Shown here piece by piece: positions 26,201 to 33,061 of a DNA stretch of 33,061 nt. The translations under genes and the position numbers were made by a program. Every line of letters starts with the position of its first letter. Positions within the stretch are counted from its first letter, which is position 1. A model generated the notes under the pieces. The model saw nothing but the letters and a program-made list of their open reading frames with translations. It was not told the DNA's origin and did no database searches. Location: the sequence record SRR2962707_4525; one strand, written 5' to 3'.

Positions 26201-27148
26201 TCATTCATCGTCTCCAGCGCTATCATCTTCACTACCATCAGAGACTTCAATTCCATCAAGAGCTTCATCAAGCGTGGCTTCAGGTGGCATCAGCTTCATG
26301 AGTGTAGCCGCTTGAATACGAATAAGCTGCGCACGCTGCTGCTGTGACTGCACCGCCTGCCTATCCTGATGCAGCATGACCTTGATCAAGACAGCCACAA
26401 GCTTCTTCAGGGTATCGGCCGCATCTGCTTCCGCCTCGATCTCATCGGCAGTTAACTGATTGGCTTCCACCTGATCAATGATCTGGTCGGATTGCGAGAA
26501 CCCCGTATTGATCGCGTCCTTTACAATAACGTTCTGACGTTGAAGGACTTGTTTTCTTGCTAGGTCGCGGGCTATGCGATGAGCACGCTCCGCTGCTGGG
26601 GATCCATCGGGGTTTTTCCAGTCGCCTGCATTGTCGCCGCCCCAACTGCCGCCTTCTGGATAAGACCAGTCTTCGGGAGCCGTTCCGTCTTCAAACTTCC
26701 AGCTATCGGGATCATTCGGATCGAACCAAAGCATTTCCTGATAGAAACGACGACGTGAGCAGATGCTTTCCCAGTCCAACTCGTCCAGATTGAGACCCGG
26801 CATTAATCCCGACAGATCCGGTAAAAGACAGCGGGCATCCTTGTTAATGGCTTGAGCCAAACGCGCCATATTGACGATTGGCATGGTGATGTTCCCAAGC
26901 TTGCCGATTGTATCGACCTGGTCCTGAACAGCCTTGCTCACTTTGCCCAGGATCTCAGTCTGCTTCATCAGTTGATCAAGCTGTTTTTGAAGGCTGTTGA
27001 ACTGTTCAATCAGCTTGGTAAAGGAGGTTGCATCAAATACGGGATAAGTTGCAGTAGCCGTGGTGGGCAGCAGGACCAGAGCCCCGATCACAAGCACACC
27101 AATATGCCGCTTGAATTTTCCTGATGGTTTCAAAGATGTTTTGACCAT
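26201..27148 (-). CDS. virB5: VirB5/TrbJ-like minor pilin
   Basis: Signal peptide then YPVFD and Gln-rich coiled coils; position after virB4. Confidence 0.75.
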   Translation of the reverse strand: MVKTSLKPSGKFKRHIGVLVIGALVLLPTTATATYPVFDATSFTKLIEQFNSLQKQLDQLMKQTEILGKVSKAVQDQVDTIGKLGNITMPIVNMARLAQAINKDARCLLPDLSGLMPGLNLDELDWESICSRRRFYQEMLWFDPNDPDSWKFEDGTAPEDWSYPEGGSWGGDNAGDWKNPDGSPAAERAHRIARDLARKQVLQRQNVIVKDAINTGFSQSDQIIDQVEANQLTADEIEAEADAADTLKKLVAVLIKVMLHQDRQAVQSQQQRAQLIRIQAATLMKLMPPEATLDEALDGIEVSDGSEDDSAGDDE

Positions 27149-29544
27149 GCGTCCCCCCATTTCTCTTTGAGTTCAGCAAGTTCATGGTTCGCGCCCGGGC
27201 CGCTTTTATAGAACCGCGCAGCTTTACCGAGCGGTGTCAGGTCAACATCAAGAATGACGCTTTCCTCGTATCCGCTGACTTCATCGCGTTTAATGATCAG
27301 AACACGACGATCATTTTTCTTGCGGCTGCGTGTGCGCCCTCGAATGAACTGGATCTGTTCTTCATTCAGATTGAAAGGCTTGAGACTTTCTTCTGTAACC
27401 TTGGAGTTCGGGAAGAAAATGAATGTGGCCGTGTTTTCAATGATTGCCTCATAGCCTTCCGACTTGGTAAGCGCTGCCGGATCCTGAAACACCATACCGA
27501 CCACACCGCCGAGCTTCCGATACTCGCGGTACATCACACTACTGAGATCACGAAATCCGGGGTTTTGCCGAAGCCTTGCAGCTTCCTCAAGAGTGATGAC
27601 AAAACCACTTCTGCCTTCCCGGGCTTCCTTGGCCATTTCATTCGCAGAATGAAAGATTGCCTCAGAAATATGGGCGACAATCGGAGCTCCGAGTGAGGGG
27701 TCTTTCAGCGCTTCATTCATGTTGATACCAACCATGTGTGATTGGTTCAGCAACCCGGAAAGACTGTCGTGGGGGGCATTGAAGATATGGCTTCTCAGCC
27801 CCTTGTTACCCTTGTCGTCAACAACCCATTGTGCAAATGCGTCACGCAGATTTGAACGACGCGCAAAAGAATAAGGATAAAGAGCGTTCAGGGTTCGATC
27901 TGGCGGATCAAGCTGAAACGCCAGCTCAACTGCATGATCAAGTTGCTTGATGTCGTCGCTGTCCAAAGCCACGCCTGCTAGGGACTTGAGAATGAACCGA
28001 ATACGCTCGCGGTTTTCAGGCTTGTCTTCACCGACATCGAGAGCATTCAAGGCAAGATCATTATACCCTTGATAGGAACCGCCCATAGCTTCCACCATGA
28101 AGCGTGACCCTTCCTGAGAGTCAAACAGGTATGACCGCACATTCGGGAACTTCGCCAAACCACCCAGCAGGTGCATCATGAGTGTTGATTTGCCACTACC
28201 GGCTGGAGCAAACACAAGGAAGTTTGCAAGCGACAATGGCTTGTTCACAACGTGGAACTGGAATGAGTAACTTTGACCGGAAGGTGTTGCGAACCAGCGA
28301 ATTGGCTCAGGGCCAAGCGGGCTTTCTGCCATTCCATTTGGCGAGTGAGGGAACGCCCAAATCGATGCAATGTTCTGGTCGCGAAGATCGAGACTGGCCA
28401 TCATGCGCCCACCGGGGGGGAGCAAGCCGCCCTTGATTGGTTTTGGTAGCCTGTTAAACCAACATGCGGGGGCACCGGCCGTCTGGATCGAGTAGCCTAT
28501 TCTGCGGTCACCAAGTATGGCACATATTTCACGTACCAGGTTTTCAAGAGCCTCGGCATTTTCTGCACGCGGAATGATGCAGAACTGCGTGGCAAACAGG
28601 GAAGTGTTGTTTTCCTTCAGCAGCGCCAAGGTTGCTGATGTTTCTTTTGCCGCAGCAGGATTCCCGAACCATCTTCCAGTTTCCGACTGGAGGCGACGGG
28701 AAAAGAACATAGTCGCTTGGTCACGGCCCCAAGGCTCACAGACCTGACTGATTTCAATGTCGCCTTCCAGCGCCATGATTTCACTCGCGAAGTGAGCGGT
28801 CAGGACTTCCGGCCAATACGTAACCGTGATGACCTTCTGGACACGTTGCTGAGGGACATGGGTTGTGATCGTTCCGCTAACTTTGTCGAAGGCAAGGTCT
28901 GATGCTGGAAGGCTGCCTGAGATGTTCCTGCTTGAAGCAGGCAAATCCCGACGATAGTCACCACTTACCAGTCCGTTAAGAAAGCCGGTTAACGGACACG
29001 AAACATCGTCTGTCTCCGGCGTTTGGAGTACCACAGGACGATAGGCCGACATCATGGACTGGATTTTGTCTTCAGCATCGGCAAGCGACTGCATGTCCGT
29101 GCCTGTCAGCATCAGGTACCAGTCAATGAAATAACTGGATTTGAAGCGATTTGCTTCAGCTTCCCCGATTTCAGACAGCACGTCATTTGGCCATGTCGCA
29201 TGGCTATCAATCCGATGTCTTCGCTTTACACCAAACAGCCTGTTGGAAAGGCCGGCCTTTGCCAGATCCTTCAGTAAGTCTGATCGACCCAACAGCATCG
29301 TGTGTTGTTCCGTATCGACCCTTGCATCGTAGCTGGTCCCTTCAATGTGCCAGATACGGAAAAGCGATCCGTCTTTATTGCGGCCTGTTACCGCATCGTT
29401 GTGATCAATGCAGTCAAGTTCAAGTTCGTCTTGCAGCCAGTCACGCTGCAAATCACCAAGCATGAACCTTCGGCTTGCTGGAATAACAAGACCTGCCCCC
29501 ATAAGGGATACAAAACCGGTTGCTGCCACTTCTGACCAAATCAT
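27130..29544 (-). CDS. virB4: VirB4 ATPase
   Basis: SYSFQFHV, NFLVFAPAGSGKSTLM (Walker A), FDSQEG..MGGSY, VITLEEA (Walker B), YRKLGG..FQDP, TFIFFPN. Confidence 0.95.
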   Translation of the reverse strand: MIWSEVAATGFVSLMGAGLVIPASRRFMLGDLQRDWLQDELELDCIDHNDAVTGRNKDGSLFRIWHIEGTSYDARVDTEQHTMLLGRSDLLKDLAKAGLSNRLFGVKRRHRIDSHATWPNDVLSEIGEAEANRFKSSYFIDWYLMLTGTDMQSLADAEDKIQSMMSAYRPVVLQTPETDDVSCPLTGFLNGLVSGDYRRDLPASSRNISGSLPASDLAFDKVSGTITTHVPQQRVQKVITVTYWPEVLTAHFASEIMALEGDIEISQVCEPWGRDQATMFFSRRLQSETGRWFGNPAAAKETSATLALLKENNTSLFATQFCIIPRAENAEALENLVREICAILGDRRIGYSIQTAGAPACWFNRLPKPIKGGLLPPGGRMMASLDLRDQNIASIWAFPHSPNGMAESPLGPEPIRWFATPSGQSYSFQFHVVNKPLSLANFLVFAPAGSGKSTLMMHLLGGLAKFPNVRSYLFDSQEGSRFMVEAMGGSYQGYNDLALNALDVGEDKPENRERIRFILKSLAGVALDSDDIKQLDHAVELAFQLDPPDRTLNALYPYSFARRSNLRDAFAQWVVDDKGNKGLRSHIFNAPHDSLSGLLNQSHMVGINMNEALKDPSLGAPIVAHISEAIFHSANEMAKEAREGRSGFVITLEEAARLRQNPGFRDLSSVMYREYRKLGGVVGMVFQDPAALTKSEGYEAIIENTATFIFFPNSKVTEESLKPFNLNEEQIQFIRGRTRSRKKNDRRVLIIKRDEVSGYEESVILDVDLTPLGKAARFYKSGPGANHELAELKEKWGDAWSKHL

Positions 29545-29846
29545 TTACTGCATCCCCCCGTGGAAAGAATGCTGATTGATCCCCGTCGCTTGCCCCAGTA
29601 ACGCGGCGCAAGAAGAAGCTGTTTGTCAAAGAACGGATCTGCACGGAATTTCCCGAGCAATGTGAGCCAGCACCCGACAATCCCGATGACGCCACACGGG
29701 ATGGCGAGTGCAATCGATTTTGCCAGCAGAGGTACGACGAGCATGACTGCCCCACCGATCAAGGCGAGAACAAGTAGTCTCATTGGCAGGCCCGCCAACG
29801 TCATTTGGTGCTGTACGTGAACTTGAACGATACTTGCCGCCTTCAT
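29541..29846 (-). CDS. virB3: VirB3-like membrane protein
   Basis: ATG 29846 with AGAGG RBS; MTLAGLP, two TM helices, DPFFD; ATGA overlap with virB4. Confidence 0.85.
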   Translation of the reverse strand: MKAASIVQVHVQHQMTLAGLPMRLLVLALIGGAVMLVVPLLAKSIALAIPCGVIGIVGCWLTLLGKFRADPFFDKQLLLAPRYWGKRRGSISILSTGGCSK

Positions 29847-29856
29847 CGGAAACCTC

Positions 29857-30195
29857 TTACTGCTCGATGAAGGACAAAAGTCCTGATGCAATCGCTGGAC
29901 CGGCAAGGGCGACAATGCCACCGATGACCATGATTAATGCGCGTTCCGGTTCCAATCGTCCTTTCAGTGCCCCCCAAGCGCCCCATCCCATCAAACCAAG
30001 GCCGAGGAATACTGCGACAATTGCACCGACACCTTCGGCCACAAGGTTGAGCCCATCGACGATGAAGCTGTACCACTTGGTATCTCCACCAGTGTCCCCA
30101 CCGATATCAATACCTTGTGCCAAGGCAGGTTCCATAAGCACGATGGTTACAACTGAAGCGATCAGCGAGACCGCAAGAAGTGTTTTGGTTTTCAT
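29857..30195 (-). CDS. virB2: VirB2/TrbC pilin precursor
   Basis: ATG 30195 with GAGGA RBS; signal ending PALAQ, two hydrophobic segments; precedes virB3. Confidence 0.85.
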   Translation of the reverse strand: MKTKTLLAVSLIASVVTIVLMEPALAQGIDIGGDTGGDTKWYSFIVDGLNLVAEGVGAIVAVFLGLGLMGWGAWGALKGRLEPERALIMVIGGIVALAGPAIASGLLSFIEQ

Positions 30196-30231
30196 TTTAT
30201 CCTCATCGTTCATTCGAGTTTTGTGCATTTG

Positions 30232-30669
30232 CTATCGGACGAGCGTGAACAGGACGCCAATCGTGAAGAAGGCGGCGAGAAGGTTCACTGCTGTCAGGAT
30301 TGCTTGATAAAAGAGGAGTTTCTTGAAGTTAGACGTTGCTCTGTCGGCTTGCCTTGCCGCTTCGTTCATCGCCTCAATGCGTTCTCGAACGACGTCCCCA
30401 ATCGCCTCTTCCTTGAAGGTCTGGATTGATTGATTGACGTCCTTGGTAAAGCCATCAGCGATAGCTTGAACGGCATTGGCTAAGTTCAGCCTGTTGCGTT
30501 CATTCAGTTGCTCATGTTGATCAAGGCCAACACGCAACATCGTGAAGACAAGCATGACTGGATCATCTGGATTGACGGTTGTGCCGTGTTGTTGCCACAG
30601 ATAGGTTCTCAGATCTTCGAACGTATCGATGTTGACTGGCAGCGGCGGGCTTTCATCAAGAGCAGACAT
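30232..30669 (-). CDS. traM: IncP TraM-like protein
   Basis: QQHGTTVNPDDPVMLVFTM resembles TraM KHGIAVxRDDPILxLQT; coiled coil and C-terminal TM; follows traL. Confidence 0.7.
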   Translation of the reverse strand: MSALDESPPLPVNIDTFEDLRTYLWQQHGTTVNPDDPVMLVFTMLRVGLDQHEQLNERNRLNLANAVQAIADGFTKDVNQSIQTFKEEAIGDVVRERIEAMNEAARQADRATSNFKKLLFYQAILTAVNLLAAFFTIGVLFTLVR

Positions 30670-31415
30670 CAGAGCATCGCCTCTTCCATGACCCCGTACA
30701 GAGCCGTCCAGGTGGTCTTGAGACGTTGCTTCGCCATGATTTTGAACTGATCAGAGGCAACCGCCTCATCAAAAGTCAGATGCGATTGCGTCATCTGGGC
30801 GATGTCGTGCCCATAGGTCGATTGACGGACTGCCGGCAGATGAACAAGGCTGTAAAACCTGACTTTGTTCTTCTTGTAGAGTGCTGATTGTTCAAAGCCC
30901 TCGGGCTCAGAACCGGGCCGGGCCCTTAGGATGCGTCCGTAGACATACTCATTAAGCCAGACGACAACAGGGATATCAGGAAGGTGAACAAGAACCTCGG
31001 CAAGCCCGCGCATGGTGTCTTCAAGCGCTTGGCCACCAACAATGACGCAATGCAGGCGTACATCATGACCGGCATCTCGCAGCATGGTCAGCACTTGCGA
31101 TTCAAGCAGGTACGAGAGCAAAGGCAGAAATGTGCTCGAGCCATTGTCGATATTGGCAACGGCATTTTCGGGAAGGGCCACTAGATCTTCGATCAAATCA
31201 TCGAAGAATCTCGGGTTGATTTCATCCTCACGCTCGCCAAGTTGGATGGACTTGACGGGAAAAGCTTTATAGCCCGCAAAGGTCTGGTTCACGGGGTCCG
31301 TATCGAACCCTTGAACCTCAAGCCCGCGTTTGAGGTAATACTGCATCAAGAGGCTGTTGATGAAAGATTTTCCAACACCGCCTTTGCCCTGAAGGGTGAT
31401 ATTAATCAACGCCAT
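30669..31415 (-). CDS. traL: IncP TraL-like P-loop NTPase
   Basis: ATG 31415 with GGAG RBS; LQGKGGVGKS, DTDPVNQTF, IDNGSSTFLPLLSYL, HCVIVGGQALEDT, VVWLNEY, IMAKQRL. Confidence 0.9.
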   Translation of the reverse strand: MALINITLQGKGGVGKSFINSLLMQYYLKRGLEVQGFDTDPVNQTFAGYKAFPVKSIQLGEREDEINPRFFDDLIEDLVALPENAVANIDNGSSTFLPLLSYLLESQVLTMLRDAGHDVRLHCVIVGGQALEDTMRGLAEVLVHLPDIPVVVWLNEYVYGRILRARPGSEPEGFEQSALYKKNKVRFYSLVHLPAVRQSTYGHDIAQMTQSHLTFDEAVASDQFKIMAKQRLKTTWTALYGVMEEAML

Positions 31416-31635
31416 CGGCGATAACTCCGTCTGAAATGATGATTTTGATGCCAAGATGATTGGCGAGCTTGAAGACCTTCGCAGCCTCTAGATCACCGCC
31501 GCCTGTTTCGAAGGTGCGATATGTTCTTTCTGAAACACCTATGATTTCCGCAGCTTTTGGCTGTGAAATTCCAAGTGACTTTCGCTGTTCGTGGATGCGG
31601 CGATGAAAGGTGACGTAGTCAGATTGCCAGCTCAT
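31402..31635 (-). CDS. XRE-family helix-turn-helix regulator
   Basis: RIHEQRKSLGISQPKAAEIIGVSERTYRTFETG; GGAGG RBS; ATGA overlap with the upstream gene. Confidence 0.85.
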   Translation of the reverse strand: MSWQSDYVTFHRRIHEQRKSLGISQPKAAEIIGVSERTYRTFETGGGDLEAAKVFKLANHLGIKIIISDGVIADGVD

Positions 31636-32279
31636 TCGGATGCCTCCGGTTGAACCGGCGGGATCATGCGTTCGTAAGGCGACGGGCTAAGCTCTGGGTA
31701 TGCTGGGAACGTGATCTGAGGTGATGTTTCAGCAAAAGATTCTTCGCTCAACCAATGACCAAGCAGAACACCAAGGAAACTGCCAAGTACGCAGGCGAAA
31801 AATCTCACAAGAGATGGCGTCCAAGCATTACCTGATGGTGGTAAATCAAGTGCGTTATCTTCTGATCTGGACTGATCAAGATTTTCTGGCGCCCAAGGTT
31901 GCTCGATCTTGCTCGGGGACAGATCCGCTAAATGAACATTCGCTTGAGCTAGTTCATCAAGAAGCTGAAACAGGACCCCATGAGCCCAGCCATCACTTAT
32001 TCGTTCGCCGACAATCTTGTCCCATTCGTCAGGGCACAGGGAATAATTTAGTGATACATGCAGATAGGCCAATGACCGTGCCAGGGCGTCGCGCTGTTCG
32101 TCATTGAGGTCGAAAGATCCACCACCAATTACGAATTGAAGCCCGATATCCCTTGCACTTTCGGAAAGTCTGTAAAGTGTTCTTTTGGTAATGTTGAATT
32201 CATGAAGCTGCGATATGGCCGTGATCAATGCAGGGTCAAGAATATCAACGGCTATCGGGTTCGAAATCGGAGGATTCAT
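31632..32279 (-). CDS. Hypothetical protein with one C-terminal TM helix (215 aa)
   Basis: ATG 32279 with GGAGGG RBS; TM FFACVLGSFLGVLLGHWL; Pro-rich tail. Confidence 0.7.
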   Translation of the reverse strand: MNPPISNPIAVDILDPALITAISQLHEFNITKRTLYRLSESARDIGLQFVIGGGSFDLNDEQRDALARSLAYLHVSLNYSLCPDEWDKIVGERISDGWAHGVLFQLLDELAQANVHLADLSPSKIEQPWAPENLDQSRSEDNALDLPPSGNAWTPSLVRFFACVLGSFLGVLLGHWLSEESFAETSPQITFPAYPELSPSPYERMIPPVQPEASE

Positions 32280-32380
32280 TCTATCCCTCCGTATGGCCGA
32301 TTGAGGCCTTCGGAGTACGGTTGATCCTGAAATACGCACTTCATAGTCATCCCCTGCTTCATTCTGTCCTGCCCCTTAAA

Positions 32381-32407
32381 GCCCGACCCGATTTCTCGGG
32401 TACGGGC
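32381..32407 (-). terminator. GC-rich hairpin downstream of traK
   Basis: GCCCGACCCGA-tttc-TCGGGT(A)CGGGC, one bulge; followed by TTTAA on the minus strand. Confidence 0.4.
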
Positions 32408-32508
32408 CAGGTTGTTGGGGCGTTGCATTCACCAGACCACGCCCAAAGCGTGGCGGTGCTTGTTTTCAAGGCATGGCGGGTCGTTGCCGCAGGACGTAAC
32501 CATTCTGG

Positions 32509-32880
32509 TCATTGCTCGGTCTTAACGGGTTGTGGCTCTTCATCGTCGTCCCACAACTGGGTGGAGACAGACGAAAGACGGCCGTCGATGTTCTGGATTT
32601 TCACAGGGGGGCGTGGATCAGCACGAACAGCCACGGAACCTTTATGGTTTCGTGGCTTAATCGGCGTGGGAACTGGAAGGGTGTTTTGAGCGGGATGAGA
32701 ATTGGATGGCAGAAGAAAGTCGAACCAATAGTAGAAAGACCGTTGCGACATGGTCACGTGACCTGACGCACGGAGTTCCCGATAGATCCGGTTTTTGGAT
32801 TTACCCGTCAGATGCTCATTACGAATTTCATCGCGCAAAGCAATGAATTCGATCTTGGCTTGTCCCCAAACAGAAACCAC
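32509..32880 (-). CDS. traK: TraK-family oriT-binding protein
   Basis: AKIEFIALRDEI..L..G.SKNRIYRELRASGHVTMSQRSFYYWF matches the TraK pattern; Pro-rich tail; upstream of traL-traM. Confidence 0.8.
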   Translation of the reverse strand: MVSVWGQAKIEFIALRDEIRNEHLTGKSKNRIYRELRASGHVTMSQRSFYYWFDFLLPSNSHPAQNTLPVPTPIKPRNHKGSVAVRADPRPPVKIQNIDGRLSSVSTQLWDDDEEPQPVKTEQ

Positions 32881-32980
32881 AGTACCCCCATCATGACGTG
32901 ACCACGCATCACGCGGCCATTAACGACTTGACAAGGAAGAGCGGTTTAGGGTTGCATCGTCATAGCGAGGTACAATTTTT

Positions 32981-32999
32981 TTTGGGAAAATATCCCAAA
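32981..32999. promoter_or_regulatory. Inverted repeat in A/T-tract DNA upstream of traK, possible operator
   Basis: TTTGGGA-aaata-TCCCAAA adjoining a T9 run, about 100 nt upstream of the first gene of the transfer cluster. Confidence 0.35.
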
Positions 33000-33061
33000 C
33001 TCGCAAGCAGTAAAAACTTTTGGGCGACAGTCCCCGCAACCAAATAAAATAGGCTCGCCCT

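Larger units (their letters stand above)
4709..32880. mobile_element. Conjugative transfer region (MOBP relaxase, T4CP, MPF-T T4SS) of a plasmid or ICE; boundaries not visible
   Basis: oriT, traIJ, traCD, virD4, virB2-B11 and traKLM are all present as open frames. Confidence 0.92.

Noticed and set aside
32365-32375. CTGTCCTGCCCC as a second nic site
   Set aside because: Deviates from the (C/T)ATCCTG core and lacks an inverted repeat on the correct side.
32276-32512. Two tiny in-frame minus-strand ORFs (27 and ~50 aa) linking traK to ORF 32279
   Set aside because: Start/stop overlaps are suggestive, but there are no motifs and the second runs through a hairpin; could be chance.

Overview
A ~52-53% GC (estimated by eye) segment of a self-transmissible conjugative element, either a plasmid or an ICE; no replication gene, tRNA or att site was recognised in the window. 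From left to right: the 3' end of merA and a CcdA/DsbD-like membrane gene; a KlcB-like gene and a small ORF; a large serine recombinase; an RP4/IncP-like oriT (nic at 4711/4712) flanked by two divergent BRO-N genes, one truncated; an RHH-domain orphan; and an AbiEii-type nucleotidyltransferase toxin/antitoxin pair. One ~24.5 kb minus-strand transfer cluster follows: traK-orf-HTH-traL-traM-virB2-B3-B4-B5-(antisense secreted-protein gene)-B6-two membrane ORFs-B7-B8-B9-B10-(743-aa Cys-repeat secreted protein)-B11-virD4/traG-traD-traC-traJ/mobC-traI. The most unusual observations are: (1) a MOBP relaxase carrying three degenerate, apparently catalytically dead copies of the primase TOPRIM domain, encoded two genes from an intact TraC primase; (2) an AbiEii-like toxin with a ~105-aa extension ending in a basic tail resembling a T4SS translocation signal, tail-to-tail with the relaxase; (3) an oriT detached from traJ/traK and carrying a 10-bp-period repeat array; (4) a signal-peptide gene in antisense at the virB5/virB6 entry-exclusion position, with both strands open; (5) a disulfide-repeat putative adhesin between virB10 and virB11. 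Family assignments rest on motif recognition and recalled RP4 sequences, not on database searches.
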